A stretch of DNA of 64,000 bases from an uncultured Gammaproteobacteria bacterium (GTDB lineage: Bacteria > Pseudomonadota > Gammaproteobacteria > JACCXJ01): the NCBI GenBank assembly GCA_963764725.1, contig CAVXTM010000015.1, positions 192,001-256,000 on the forward strand. Reading direction: 5' to 3'. The stretch's first letter is position 1; every line of letters starts with the position of its first letter. The translations under genes and the position numbers were made by a program. Below, piece by piece: positions 1 through 10,384 of the stretch. The notes under the pieces are model-generated. The model saw nothing but the letters and a program-made list of their open reading frames with translations, did not search any database and was not told the DNA's origin.

Positions 1-1
1 C

Positions 2-379
2 CCGGAAGCAAAAGGCGATTATCCGGAGTTCGTTCCGCATGCGCCGGACGGGGACATCGGCGGATCGATAATATCGATCATGGATGCCGTGTCCCAGGTC
101 GGGCCGCAGCAAGTCGTGGTGATCAATCGGGGCGTGCAGGCGGGACTCGAGCCCGGGCATGTATTAGCGATCTTCCGTAGTGGCGTTATCGTTCGCGACG
201 ATGTGGCGGGAAGAGCATCGGCTGCAAGCTATAGCGGGGGATTAAGCCGGGACGTCGAGCTTCCGCACGAACGCATCGGGGAGCTGATGGTGTTCCGCGC
301 CTTCCCGAACGTGAGCTATGCGCTGGTGATGAACGCCGATCGCTCCGTGTACCGCTATGATACGGTAAGCAATCCTTAA
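2..379 (+). CDS. C-terminal part of LysM peptidoglycan-binding protein (TsaP-like), 5'-truncated by window edge
   Basis: Frame open from base 2 (PEAKGDYPEFVPHAP...VVVINRG...GLEPGHVL...LPHERIGELMVFRAF..VSYALVM); usual position upstream of dprA. Confidence 0.75.
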   Translation, partial: PEAKGDYPEFVPHAPDGDIGGSIISIMDAVSQVGPQQVVVINRGVQAGLEPGHVLAIFRSGVIVRDDVAGRASAASYSGGLSRDVELPHERIGELMVFRAFPNVSYALVMNADRSVYRYDTVSNP

Positions 380-438
380 GCGCTTGGAGCGATGCTCGCT
401 CAGCGTCCAAGCTGCAGCGGTGATAAGCTTGGTACACT

Positions 439-1560
439 ATGAGCGTCGAGGACACGCGGGACGAGCGGGCGCATTGGATTGCCTTGCACCGTGCGCCGGG
501 CATCGGGCCCAAGGCATTTTTTGATTTACTCGCGCGCTATGGGAGCGCGGAAGCTGTCTTCGCGGCCAGATCGATGGAACTTGAGCGCCACGGTCTCAGG
601 AGCGAGTCCCTCGCTTTTATCAAAGCGCCGGATTGGCAGGCCGTCACCACGGCCGTGGGGTGGTTACGCGAGGATGAGCATCAGTTGATTCTTTGGAGTG
701 AGGAAGCCTACCCGCCCCTCCTGCGCACGCTCTCCGACCCGCCGCCGCTGCTTTATGTCATCGGGGATTCGGGGATCCTCGCGAGGCCGCAGATCGCCGT
801 GGTCGGAAGCCGTCACCCGACCGCCACCGGCGAGCAAACGGCCGTCGAATTCAGCCGGCTGCTTGCGCTCGCCGGATGGGTCATCACCAGTGGCCTGGCC
901 CTCGGCATCGATGCCGCAGCGCACCGCGGTGCGCTGGCGGCAAGGGGTGCGACGATTGCGGTCAGCGGTACCGGCCTCGATCTGATCTACCCGGCGAGCA
1001 ATCGCGCCCTGGCGCTCGACATCCAGGCCTCGGGAGGAGCGATTGTCTCGGAGCTGCCCCTTGGTACCCCGGCGATCGCCCGCAATTTCCCGCGCCGCAA
1101 TCGCCTGATCAGCGGGCTCTGTCTTGGGGTAGTGATCGTCGAAGCGGCGCTGCGTAGCGGATCGTTGATTACCGCGCGCTGTGCCATGGAACAAGGACGA
1201 GAGGTATTCGCGCTCCCCGGCTCCATCCGCAATCCGCTTGCCCAGGGGTGCCATGGGCTAATTCAGCAGGGCGCAAAACTCGTCACCAAGGTCGCGGACA
1301 TCCTGGAGGAGCTGAACTGTGTGCTTCCACCTCCAGCGCCGGTATCCAACCTCCCGCATGCACCCCATGAGGCGAGCGAGGCACTCGATCCCGACTATCA
1401 GAGTTTGCTACATTGTATGGGTGGGGATCCTGTCTCGGTCGATAGCTTGGTCGAACGCAGCGGATTGACCGCGAGCGCCGTGTCGTCCATGCTCTTGATA
1501 CTGGAATTACGCGGTTACGTGGGTGCGGAAGCATGCGGCGTGTACGTGCGGCAGAAGTAG
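439..1560 (+). CDS. dprA: DNA-processing protein DprA
   Basis: IAVVGSR, ITSGLALGIDAAAH, NFPRRNRLISGL, SGSLITA motifs; winged-helix C-terminus. Confidence 0.97.
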   Translation: MSVEDTRDERAHWIALHRAPGIGPKAFFDLLARYGSAEAVFAARSMELERHGLRSESLAFIKAPDWQAVTTAVGWLREDEHQLILWSEEAYPPLLRTLSDPPPLLYVIGDSGILARPQIAVVGSRHPTATGEQTAVEFSRLLALAGWVITSGLALGIDAAAHRGALAARGATIAVSGTGLDLIYPASNRALALDIQASGGAIVSELPLGTPAIARNFPRRNRLISGLCLGVVIVEAALRSGSLITARCAMEQGREVFALPGSIRNPLAQGCHGLIQQGAKLVTKVADILEELNCVLPPPAPVSNLPHAPHEASEALDPDYQSLLHCMGGDPVSVDSLVERSGLTASAVSSMLLILELRGYVGAEACGVYVRQK

Positions 1561-1696
1561 ATTGCACTTTCGAACAGCGGTTACGCTGGGGGTCTTAACC
1601 CGCGTCACCCTGTCCCACCTATCGACGCGCTCGCGGGCGAAGCCGCCTTGAACCAACCTTGTTTAACCTAGTCTCGAACGCCTAAACATTCAGCGC

Positions 1697-4003
1697 ATGT
1701 CGAAGAATTTATTAATCGTCGAATCTCCCGCTAAGGCCAAAACGATTGGCCGCTACCTTGGCAAGGATTTTCGCGTGCTGGCATCCTATGGACACGTACG
1801 CGATCTCAAGCCCAAAGAAGGCGCCGTGGACACCGAGCATGGGTTTGCCATGCACTATGAGCTCATAGAAAAAAACGTTAAACACGTCAATGCGATCGCC
1901 GAGACTATGCGTAGGTCGGACGCGCTCTATCTAGCGACCGACCTCGACCGCGAGGGTGAGGCGATTTCCTGGCATCTTGTGGAGATCCTGAAGGAACGGG
2001 AGGTTCTGGATAACAACAAGCCGGTATACCGGGTCATATTTCACGAGATCACCAAGCGCGCCATTGAGGAGGCCATCCGCAGCCCGAGGGTGTTGTCGGT
2101 CGATTTAGTCAATGCGCAGCAAGCGCGCCGGGCCTTGGATTATTTAGTCGGGTTCAACCTCTCGCCGTTGCTGTGGCGGAAGATCCGACGGGGCTTATCC
2201 GCCGGGCGGGTGCAGAGTCCCGCGCTGCGCATGATCGTGGAGCGCGAAGAGGAGATCGAAGCCTTCGAGTCGCGCGAATATTGGACCGTGGAGGCCCAGG
2301 CCAGGCAGCAAACACAAGCATTCGGCGCCCGGTTGGCCGTTTATCAAGGCGAGAAGCTCAAGCAGTTCAGCATCGTTACGAGCGCGGAAGCGGAAGCCAT
2401 CCGGCAAAATCTACTTACCCAAGCCCAAGGGTGGCTCACCGTTGGCCAAGTCGAGAAGAAACAGCGCAAACGCCTCCCCCCGTCTCCCTTCATCACCTCG
2501 ACCTTACAGCAGGAAGGCGCGCGTAAGCTCGGGTTTACCACACAACGCACGATGCGGATCGCGCAGCAACTCTACGAAGGGATCGATGTCGGCGGCGGCT
2601 CGGCCGGTCTTATAACCTATATGCGCACCGATTCGGTGAGTCTCGCCAGCGATGCGCTGGAGGAAATCAGGGGTTTCATCAGGGTGCGTTTCGGCGCCGG
2701 ACAAGCGCCGGCTCAGGCGCGGCGCTTTAAGACCCAGGCGAAGAATGCTCAGGAAGCTCACGAAGCGATCCGGCCCACCGCGATCCAACGAACGCCCGAG
2801 GAATTGAGGCCTCACTTGAGCGAGGAGCAGTACCGCTTATACGATCTCATTTGGAAGCGTACGCTGGCCTGTCAGATGATCGATGCCATCATCGACACGG
2901 TCGCCGTCGATCTAACTTGCGGGACAGGTGTCGCGTTCCGGGCGACGGGCTCAACGGTTGTGGAGCCGGGGTTTATGGCCGTGTACCTGGAAGGCAAGGA
3001 TGACGGAAAGAACGACGGCGACGAGGGCGCCTTACCGGCGATGAAAGCGGGTGATCGGGTGCCGCTCGCGGACATCACGGCGACCCAGCATTTCACCGAA
3101 CCGCCCCCGCGTTACACCGAAGCGAGTCTGGTGCGATCGCTCGAGGAGCACGGCATCGGCCGCCCTTCGACCTACGCCGCGATTATCTCGACGCTGCAAC
3201 AACGCGAGTATGCGACCTTGGAAAGTAAGCGCTTCAAACCCACTGACGTCGGCAGGATTGTGAGCAGGTTCCTGACCGAGCATTTCACCGACTACGTCGA
3301 TTACGGTTTCACTGCGCGGCTGGAGGACGAGCTAGATGCGGTGTCCCGAGGCGAAAAGGAGTGGACGCCGGTGCTCGAGCATTTTTGGACGCCATTCAAG
3401 GATCTGGTCGATAACAAAGCCGAAACGGTCACCCGCCGCGACGCCACCCAGAAGCTACTCGAAGAGCAGTGTCCTCAGTGCGGTAAGTCCTTGGCGACGC
3501 GCTTGGGGCGGCGCGGCAGCTTTGTCGGCTGCACCGGGTACCCCGACTGTGACTATACCCGGAGCGTGGACGGGCAAGGCCAAGCTACGCCGGTCGCCCA
3601 GGTCGTCGCTGACCGGCATTGTCCCGAGTGCGGTTCGCCGCTATTATTGCGCGAGGGGCGCTACGGTAAATTTATCGGCTGTGGTAGCTATCCGAAATGC
3701 CGGTATATCGAGGCAGTAGAGAAACCGGCGAGCACCGGCGTCACCTGTCCCGAGTGCCGTAGCGGGTATCTCGTGCTTCGCCGCTCTAAGCGCGGGAAGG
3801 TTTTCTATTCTTGTTCCACTTACCCGAGCTGCCGTTACGCGATCTGGAACGAGCCCTTGAGCCAGCCCTGCCCGAAGTGTCATTGGCCGGTCACAATGAC
3901 GAAGACCACCAAGCGTGAGGGCGCCTTGCGCGTCTGCCCACGAACGGGGTGTGGATTCAAGGAGTCGTGGGTCGAACCGGCAAGCCTGTCCGCGGTATCG
4001 TAG
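1697..4003 (+). CDS. topA: DNA topoisomerase I with C-terminal Zn ribbons
   Basis: LIVESPAKAKTI, SAGRVQS, LITYMRTDS (catalytic Tyr), repeated CPxCG...C motifs. Confidence 0.98.
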   Translation: MSKNLLIVESPAKAKTIGRYLGKDFRVLASYGHVRDLKPKEGAVDTEHGFAMHYELIEKNVKHVNAIAETMRRSDALYLATDLDREGEAISWHLVEILKEREVLDNNKPVYRVIFHEITKRAIEEAIRSPRVLSVDLVNAQQARRALDYLVGFNLSPLLWRKIRRGLSAGRVQSPALRMIVEREEEIEAFESREYWTVEAQARQQTQAFGARLAVYQGEKLKQFSIVTSAEAEAIRQNLLTQAQGWLTVGQVEKKQRKRLPPSPFITSTLQQEGARKLGFTTQRTMRIAQQLYEGIDVGGGSAGLITYMRTDSVSLASDALEEIRGFIRVRFGAGQAPAQARRFKTQAKNAQEAHEAIRPTAIQRTPEELRPHLSEEQYRLYDLIWKRTLACQMIDAIIDTVAVDLTCGTGVAFRATGSTVVEPGFMAVYLEGKDDGKNDGDEGALPAMKAGDRVPLADITATQHFTEPPPRYTEASLVRSLEEHGIGRPSTYAAIISTLQQREYATLESKRFKPTDVGRIVSRFLTEHFTDYVDYGFTARLEDELDAVSRGEKEWTPVLEHFWTPFKDLVDNKAETVTRRDATQKLLEEQCPQCGKSLATRLGRRGSFVGCTGYPDCDYTRSVDGQGQATPVAQVVADRHCPECGSPLLLREGRYGKFIGCGSYPKCRYIEAVEKPASTGVTCPECRSGYLVLRRSKRGKVFYSCSTYPSCRYAIWNEPLSQPCPKCHWPVTMTKTTKREGALRVCPRTGCGFKESWVEPASLSAVS

Positions 4004-4086
4004 TCGAGGCGCCTCCGACTGCCTCTATTAGTAACATGCGCCAAGCTACGCCGCCTTGAGCCTCGGAACCAAGGATCTATGGCCTT

Positions 4087-4590
4087 ATGAAAGTCCCTTT
4101 CGTTGCCGTTTTGGTCGGATCCGACTCCGACCTTCCGGTGATGGAATCCGCGCTAGAGGTATTACGGCGCTTAGGGATTCGGGTCGAGGTGAGAATCGCG
4201 TCCGCGCACAGGACGCCGCTAGAGACACGCGCCTATGTTCAGCAAGCCGAGGAGCGCGGGGCCGCGGTTTTTGTTGCCGCCGCTGGACTGGCCGCACATC
4301 TGGCGGGGGCGGTGGCGGCGCTGACGGTCAAGCCGGTGATCGGCGTACCCATGGCGGGGGGGCCTCTGAACGGGCTCGATGCCCTGCTATCGACAGTGCA
4401 AATGCCGGGTGGTGTGCCGGTGGCTTGCGTTGCCATCGGTCCAGCCGGTGCGAAGAACGCCGGCTATCTGGCGGCCGAGATCTTGGCGCTGCAGGACCCG
4501 GAGATCGCGGAACGCTTGCGGGCGGAACGCTCGGCGACCGCGGATGCGATCAGGCACAAAAACCTCGCGCTCACGAAACGCGGCGGCTAG
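4087..4590 (+). CDS. purE: N5-CAIR mutase PurE
   Basis: [24 protein letters not shown] motifs. Confidence 0.95.
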   Translation: MKVPFVAVLVGSDSDLPVMESALEVLRRLGIRVEVRIASAHRTPLETRAYVQQAEERGAAVFVAAAGLAAHLAGAVAALTVKPVIGVPMAGGPLNGLDALLSTVQMPGGVPVACVAIGPAGAKNAGYLAAEILALQDPEIAERLRAERSATADAIRHKNLALTKRGG

Positions 4591-5186
4591 TGCTTCAATC
4601 GTGGCATCTCGCGCGCGCCGCGCATGTAATTGTGACCGGCGGCATCATCGCTTATCCGACCGAGGCCGTGTTCGGGCTTGGATGCGATCCATTCAATTAC
4701 CGTGCTGTTTCCAGGCTGTTAATGCTTAAGAGGCGGAGCGTCAAGAAAGGCGTGATCGTGATCGCCGCGACGCTACCGGCGATAGAACGCCTTGTATGTT
4801 TTCCGGATGCGGTGAGGCGTGACGAAATCGACCGCACTTGGCCCGGCCCGGTCACGTGGGTGGTGCCGGCGCGATCGTCCGTCCCCCCGTGGTTGACCGG
4901 CGACCGGCGTTACCTTGCGGTGCGGGTAACGGGGCATCCGATCGCGGCGGCGTTATGCCAGCGCGTGGGCGTACTGGTTTCGACCAGCGCCAATCCCGCC
5001 GGCTGTGTCCCAGCCCGGGATCCCGCGCGGGTGCGGGCATATTTCAATGGAGCGATCGATTACTTTGTATCCGGACGGATCGGAGACGAGCCGGGCGTGA
5101 GTGAGATTCGCGATGGGGTGAGCGGGCGGGTTTTACGGCCTCGGCACGGAAGATCGACGACGGATGGACGCTTGGGCGGAGCATGA
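4590..5186 (+). CDS. tsaC: L-threonylcarbamoyladenylate synthase (TsaC/Sua5/YrdC)
   Basis: IAYPTEAVFGLGCDP, WPGPVT, LVSTSAN; likely GTG start overlapping the purE stop (ORF track over-extends to 4056). Confidence 0.9.
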   Translation: MLQSWHLARAAHVIVTGGIIAYPTEAVFGLGCDPFNYRAVSRLLMLKRRSVKKGVIVIAATLPAIERLVCFPDAVRRDEIDRTWPGPVTWVVPARSSVPPWLTGDRRYLAVRVTGHPIAAALCQRVGVLVSTSANPAGCVPARDPARVRAYFNGAIDYFVSGRIGDEPGVSEIRDGVSGRVLRPRHGRSTTDGRLGGA

Positions 5187-5199
5187 ACTGCCCTCTATA

Positions 5200-5228
5200 T
5201 TGACATTGGTCCATTTATTTTTGAAAAT
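5200..5228 (+). promoter_or_regulatory. Putative sigma70 promoter of the tRNA-tuf operon
   Basis: TTGACA-17 bp-GAAAAT just upstream of tRNA-Tyr. Confidence 0.6.
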
Positions 5229-5245
5229 TGATCGCTTTAGACTTC

Positions 5246-5328
5246 GGAGGGGTACCCAAGCGGCCAACGGGGGCAGACTGTAAATCTGCTGGCTTATGCC
5301 TTCGTAGGTTCGAATCCTACCCCCTCCA
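5246..5328 (+). tRNA. tRNA-Tyr(GTA)
   Basis: GGAGGGG/CCCCTCC acceptor stem, GCAGA-CTGTAAA-TCTGC anticodon arm, long variable arm, GTTCGAATC; followed by CCG not CCA. Confidence 0.95.
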
Positions 5329-5364
5329 CCGGGCAGTAGCCGGGTAGCGAAGGCCGGGCGAGAA

Positions 5365-5438
5365 GCGGGTGTAGTTCAACGGTAGAACCTCAGCCTTCCA
5401 AGCTGATGACATGGGTTCGATTCCCATCACCCGCTCCA
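5365..5438 (+). tRNA. tRNA-Gly(TCC)
   Basis: GCGGGTG/CACCCGC stem, CTTCCAA loop, GTTCGATTC, encoded CCA. Confidence 0.96.
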
Positions 5439-5444
5439 GTTGAC

Positions 5445-5520
<76 letters not shown>

Positions 5521-5534
5521 GTTCTAGGGCACGT

Positions 5535-5656
5535 ACAATATATCGCCCGCGGGGCAGGTGTCCCGCGGACCACCAAAGGGGAGAGTTGCACTTCTCCCCT
5601 TTGGAAACCCTAATGCTAGAGTGCCCGCCGGAAGCGGCGGGGTATTAATGAAAACC
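5535..5656 (+). repeat. Three-hairpin dispersed repeat, copy 1
   Basis: Aligns with the reverse complement of 42574-42697; central stem CCAAAGGGGAGA/TCTCCCCTTTGG. Confidence 0.85.
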
Positions 5657-5694
5657 GTCGAGCGGTGAGACGAGCGAAAGCGGAGAACTGAGTT

Positions 5695-6885
5695 ATGTCC
5701 AAGGAGAAATTTCAGCGAACGAAGCCGCATGTGAATGTAGGGACGATAGGGCATGTGGATCATGGGAAGACGACGTTGACGGCGGCGTTGACGATGGTGA
5801 TGTCGAAGAAGTTTGGAGGGGAGGTCAAGGGTTATGATCAGATCGACAATGCGCCCGAGGAGAAGGCGAGGGGGATCACGATAGCGACGGCGCATGTGGA
5901 GTACCAGAGTGAGAAGCGGCACTATGCGCATGTGGACTGTCCGGGGCATGCGGATTATGTGAAGAACATGATCACGGGGGCGGCGCAGATGGATGGGGCG
6001 ATATTAGTGGTGAGTGCGGCGGATGGGCCGATGCCGCAGACGCGCGAGCACATTTTGTTGGCGCGTCAGGTAGGGGTGCCCTACATTGTGGTGTACATGA
6101 ACAAGGCGGACATGGTGGATGATGCGGAGTTACTGGAATTAGTGGAGATGGAGGTCAGGGAGTTACTGGACAGTTACAAGTTTCCCGGGGAGAAGACGCC
6201 GGTGGTGGTGGGGAGTGCGTTGAAGGCGTTGGAGGGGGAGGGGAGTGAGCTTGGGGTGCAGTCCATCGAGAAGCTAGTGGCGGCGATGGATGAGTACATT
6301 CCGGTGCCCGAGCGGGCGGTGGATCAGCCGTTTTTGATGCCGATTGAGGATGTATTTTCGATCTCCGGGCGGGGGACGGTGGTGACGGGTCGAGTGGAGC
6401 GTGGGCGGGTCAAGGTCGGGGAGGAGGTAGCGATTGTTGGGATCCGGGAGACGCAGAAGACGATCTGCACGGGGGTGGAGATGTTTCGGAAGTTATTGGA
6501 TGAAGGGCAGGCGGGGGACAATGTCGGGGTGTTGCTGAGGGGGACCAAGCGCGAGGAGGTGGAGCGTGGACAGGTATTATGCAAGCCGGGGAGTGTGACG
6601 CCGCACACCCATTTTGAGGCGGAGGTGTATGTGTTATCGAAGGAAGAGGGAGGGAGGCACACGCCGTTTTTCAGCAATTACCGGCCGCAGTTTTATTTTC
6701 GGACCACCGATGTAACGGGGGCGGTGGAGTTACCCTCAGGGGTGGAGATGGTGATGCCTGGGGACAATGTGAAGATGGTGGTGAAGTTGATTGCGCCGAT
6801 TGCGATGGAAGAGGGGGTGAGGTTTGCGATCCGCGAAGGGGGCCGCACCGTCGGGGCCGGCGTCGTCGCTAAGGTCATCGAGTAG
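5695..6885 (+). CDS. tuf: Elongation factor Tu, copy 1 (tufB position)
   Basis: [24 protein letters not shown]; 396 aa. Confidence 0.99.
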   Translation: MSKEKFQRTKPHVNVGTIGHVDHGKTTLTAALTMVMSKKFGGEVKGYDQIDNAPEEKARGITIATAHVEYQSEKRHYAHVDCPGHADYVKNMITGAAQMDGAILVVSAADGPMPQTREHILLARQVGVPYIVVYMNKADMVDDAELLELVEMEVRELLDSYKFPGEKTPVVVGSALKALEGEGSELGVQSIEKLVAAMDEYIPVPERAVDQPFLMPIEDVFSISGRGTVVTGRVERGRVKVGEEVAIVGIRETQKTICTGVEMFRKLLDEGQAGDNVGVLLRGTKREEVERGQVLCKPGSVTPHTHFEAEVYVLSKEEGGRHTPFFSNYRPQFYFRTTDVTGAVELPSGVEMVMPGDNVKMVVKLIAPIAMEEGVRFAIREGGRTVGAGVVAKVIE

Positions 6886-6981
6886 CGCGCTACCGCGCGC
6901 CATATGGGCAGAGTTTAAGTCGTCGGAACAAATTAGAGGATCTTATCGGAACCTAGCGCGACCTAGCCTTTTTAGGGGTAT

Positions 6982-7054
6982 AGGCCAGTAGCTCAATTGG
7001 CAGAGCGGCGGTCTCCAAAACCGCAGGTTGGGGGTTCGAGTCCCTCCTGGCCTG
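6982..7054 (+). tRNA. tRNA-Trp(CCA)
   Basis: AGGCCAG/CTGGCCT stem, CTCCAAA loop, GTTCGAGTC; conserved position before secE; followed by CAA not CCA. Confidence 0.95.
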
Positions 7055-7102
7055 CAATTGCGTGCAGGGTGGAAGCCACGACGGGTCGGCGGCGCACCTA
7101 AT

Positions 7103-7483
7103 ATGTTAAATCCAAAGGCGGAAATTCAAGAAGGGAAGGGCGACGTCTTTAAGCTCGCTCTAGCCCTGTTGCTAGTCACTGGCGCTATGGCCGCGTTCTA
7201 TTTCTACAGCGACCAGTCGTTACTGTTGCGGGTCGTCGGGCTCTTGGCCGTGGCAGGTGTCGCCGGGGCGCTGGCGCTGCAGACGGCGCAGGGGCGCGAT
7301 GTTTGGGGATTCTTCAAGGAGGCTCAGATCGAGGTGCGCAAGGTCGTATGGCCGACGCGCCAGGAAACGACCCGCATGACCTTAATCGTCATCGCCATGG
7401 TTATCGCGATGGCAGCCATCCTTTGGCTGCTTGACTCCCTGCTTGCGTGGTTGGTGCAATGGCTCACCGGGCAGAGAGGCTGA
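7103..7483 (+). CDS. secE: Preprotein translocase subunit SecE
   Basis: [13 protein letters not shown], three TM segments; ATG at 7103. Confidence 0.95.
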   Translation: MLNPKAEIQEGKGDVFKLALALLLVTGAMAAFYFYSDQSLLLRVVGLLAVAGVAGALALQTAQGRDVWGFFKEAQIEVRKVVWPTRQETTRMTLIVIAMVIAMAAILWLLDSLLAWLVQWLTGQRG

Positions 7484-7487
7484 TGGC

Positions 7488-8021
7488 ATGACGTTGCGTT
7501 GGTATGTCGTGCACGCCTATTCGGGGGCCGAGAACCAAGTGAAGCGCTCGTTGCACGAGCGCATCCAACGCAGTGGCTTGCAACACAAGTTCGGCGACAT
7601 CTTGGTGCCGACCGAGGAGGTCGTGGAGCTGCGGGATGGACAGAAACGCAAGACGGACCGCAAGTTCTTTCCGGGTTATGTATTAGTTCAGATGGAAATG
7701 GACGAGGACACCTGGCACCTGGTAAGAGAGGTGCCGAAGGTAATGGGTTTCATCGGTGGAAGCGGCGATCGGCCCGCGGCGATCACGGATCAGGAAGCCG
7801 AAAAGATCTTGCATCGCATGCAAGAAGGCACCGATAAGCCGCGACCGAAGGTATTGTTCGAGGTGGGCGAGGTGGTGCGGGTTAAGGAAGGGCCGTTCAC
7901 GGATTTTAGCGGTGTAGTCGAAGAAGTGAACTACGAAAAAAACCGCTTACGCGTGGCGGTGTTAATCTTCGGCCGCGCGACGCCGGTGGAGCTGGAGTTT
8001 AGTCAGGTCGAGAAGGAATGA
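7488..8021 (+). CDS. nusG: Transcription termination/antitermination factor NusG
   Basis: [30 protein letters not shown]; ATG at 7488. Confidence 0.98.
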   Translation: MTLRWYVVHAYSGAENQVKRSLHERIQRSGLQHKFGDILVPTEEVVELRDGQKRKTDRKFFPGYVLVQMEMDEDTWHLVREVPKVMGFIGGSGDRPAAITDQEAEKILHRMQEGTDKPRPKVLFEVGEVVRVKEGPFTDFSGVVEEVNYEKNRLRVAVLIFGRATPVELEFSQVEKE

Positions 8022-8070
8022 CGGAGCGCGATGGCTTACGCAACAGGATGCTTAATCAAGAGAGGCACAC

Positions 8071-8502
8071 GTGGCAAAAAAAATACAAGCGTACGTAAAG
8101 CTGCAAGTCCCCGCGGGCAAGGCAAATCCGAGCCCGCCGGTTGGGCCGGCCTTGGGCCAGCACGGTGTGAATATCATGGAGTTCTGCAAGGCCTTCAACG
8201 CCCATACACAAGGGCTCGAGCCGGGATTACCAACTCCGGTGGTCATCACCGTCTTCGCGGACCGCAGTTTTACGTTTATTACCAAGACCCCGCCCGCATC
8301 GGTGCTGCTGCGCAAGGCCTTGGGACTCGAAAAAGGCAGCAGCACTCCCAACAGCCACAAGATGGGACGGGTCACGCGGGAGCAGCTCGAAACAATCGCC
8401 AAGACCAAGGAACCGGATTTGACGGCGGCGAGCTTGGAAGGGGCGCTGCGCACGATCGGCGGTACCGCGCGAAGTATGGGTATTGAAGTCGAGGGCGTTT
8501 AG
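8071..8502 (+). CDS. rplK: 50S ribosomal protein L11
   Basis: [23 protein letters not shown]. Confidence 0.98.
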   Translation: MAKKIQAYVKLQVPAGKANPSPPVGPALGQHGVNIMEFCKAFNAHTQGLEPGLPTPVVITVFADRSFTFITKTPPASVLLRKALGLEKGSSTPNSHKMGRVTREQLETIAKTKEPDLTAASLEGALRTIGGTARSMGIEVEGV

Positions 8503-8504
8503 TC

Positions 8505-9203
8505 ATGGCGAAGCGGAGTAAACGAGGGAAAGCGGAGCGGGAAAAAGTCGTCGCGGGTCAACAGTATGCCGTGGATGAGGGCCTGCGACTCCTCAAAGAG
8601 GTCGCCTCCGCAAAGTTCGACGAATCGGTCGAAGTGGCGATCAACCTGGGCATCGACGCGCGCAGATCGGACCAGTCGGTGCGGGGCGCCATCGTCTTGC
8701 CCCATGGCACTGGAAAGCAGGTGCGGGTCGCCGTGTTCGCCGAGGGTGCCAAGGCCGAGGCGGCGCGCGCCGCGGGCGCCGACATCGTGGGACTCCAGGA
8801 TCTGGCCCAGCAAGTGAAGGCGGGTCAGATCGATTTCGATGTGGCCGTCGCCGCACCCGAGAGCATGGCCATCGTGGGTCAACTCGGCCAAATCCTGGGA
8901 CCGCGCGGCCTGATGCCGAATCCCAAGGTCGGCACCGTTACCCCGGATGTAGCTACGGCGGTAAGAAACGCGAAGGCCGGACAAGTGCGCTTCAAGAGCG
9001 ATAAATCCGGTATAGTCCATTGCTGTATCGGCAAGGTTTCGTTTGAGGCCGGCGCCCTGCGGGAGAACTTGGCGACGATTGTCGCCGCCCTCAACAAGGC
9101 CAAGCCGGCGGCAGCGAAAGGTGTTTACCTGAAGAAGGTGAGCGTCGCTAGCACCATGGGGCCGGGGATCCAGTTGGATCGAGTGAGCGTCGCCGGGACC
9201 TAG
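8505..9203 (+). CDS. rplA: 50S ribosomal protein L1
   Basis: [16 protein letters not shown]. Confidence 0.98.
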   Translation: MAKRSKRGKAEREKVVAGQQYAVDEGLRLLKEVASAKFDESVEVAINLGIDARRSDQSVRGAIVLPHGTGKQVRVAVFAEGAKAEAARAAGADIVGLQDLAQQVKAGQIDFDVAVAAPESMAIVGQLGQILGPRGLMPNPKVGTVTPDVATAVRNAKAGQVRFKSDKSGIVHCCIGKVSFEAGALRENLATIVAALNKAKPAAAKGVYLKKVSVASTMGPGIQLDRVSVAGT

Positions 9204-9342
9204 GCCGTGCGCGGCCGGCGCAGAGTGACGGCTGGAGCTTTGGATAAGGCGCCAGTCTACGAGGAGATGGCTGGCTTGGTGATTTAGCCAGTCCGCTGGC
9301 GATCGACGAGAGTCGCGAAGTGTCTTAAACAGGAGGGCAGGT

Positions 9343-9870
9343 GTGACGCTTAATTTGGAAGCAAAGCAAGCTATCGTAGCCGAGGTGGCGGATGTCGCGC
9401 GTAGCGCTCATTCCGCGGTTGCCGCCGAATACGCGGGATTATCCGTCGCACAAATGACGGACCTGCGCAACGCAGCGCGCAAAGCGGGGGTTTATTTGCG
9501 CGTAGTGAGAAACACGCTGGCGCGCAGGGCCGTGTCCGATACCCAATTTTCGTGCATGCGTGAAGGTATGGTGGGACCGCTGGTATTGGCGTTCGCCCGC
9601 GAGGATCCCGGGGCTGCCGCACGAGTGATCGACGAGTTCGCGAAAAGAAACGATAAACTCGTCGTGCGATTGGTCGCGCTCGCTGGCAAGCTGCTCGATC
9701 CGAGCGCCATCAAAGCGGTTGCGAACCTCCCGACGCGGGAACAGGCTATCAGCCGTCTGATGGCGGTCATGCAGGCCCCGGTAGCCAAGCTCGTGCGGAC
9801 GCTAGCCGAACCGCATACGCGCTTGGTGCGCGTGCTGGCGGCCGTACGCGATCAAAAGCAAGCGGCTTAA
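9343..9870 (+). CDS. rplJ: 50S ribosomal protein L10
   Basis: LRVVRNTLARRA; synteny. Confidence 0.97.
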   Translation: MTLNLEAKQAIVAEVADVARSAHSAVAAEYAGLSVAQMTDLRNAARKAGVYLRVVRNTLARRAVSDTQFSCMREGMVGPLVLAFAREDPGAAARVIDEFAKRNDKLVVRLVALAGKLLDPSAIKAVANLPTREQAISRLMAVMQAPVAKLVRTLAEPHTRLVRVLAAVRDQKQAA

Positions 9871-9910
9871 CCATCGTCACAGGCATTTTTAGTTAGGAGG
9901 CTTACCTATC

Positions 9911-10291
9911 ATGGCAGTGTCAAAAGTAGAGATCTTGGAGGCCATTTCCAAGATGACGGTTCTCGAAGTGGTGGACCTTGTTGAGGCTATGGAAGAAAAG
10001 TTCGGAGTGTCGGCCGCGGTCGCAGTCGCGCCGGCCGCCGCCGGCGCCGGAGGGGCGCCGGCGGCAGCAGTGGAAGAGCAGACCGAGTTCACCGTGCTAA
10101 TGACGAGCTTCGGAGAAAACAAAGTTGGCGTGATCAAGACGGTGCGCGCGATTACCGGCCTTGGACTTAAAGAAGCTAAAGACCTGGTTGAAGGCGTGCC
10201 CTCGGCGGTTAAAGAAGCGGTGCCAAAGGAGGAAGCGGAAACCATCAAGAAGCAACTGCAAGAGGCGGGTGCGACGGTTGAGGTCAAGTAA
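9911..10291 (+). CDS. rplL: 50S ribosomal protein L7/L12
   Basis: [21 protein letters not shown]. Confidence 0.98.
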   Translation: MAVSKVEILEAISKMTVLEVVDLVEAMEEKFGVSAAVAVAPAAAGAGGAPAAAVEEQTEFTVLMTSFGENKVGVIKTVRAITGLGLKEAKDLVEGVPSAVKEAVPKEEAETIKKQLQEAGATVEVK

Positions 10292-10384
10292 CAGCAGGCA
10301 CCTTGTCTCGGTTGTCTGCTCACGCCCATGGGGTGATGCGAGGCACCTCCAGTGCTATAGCACTTTAGAACGCGGATCTTAACG

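Noticed and set aside
1561-1696. Absence of smg between dprA and topA, and purE without an adjacent purK
   Set aside because: Common synteny variation; the genes may lie elsewhere in the genome
4056-5186. 376-aa ORF suggesting an extended or fused TsaC
   Set aside because: The N-terminal part is an alternative frame over purE; TsaC similarity starts near 4590
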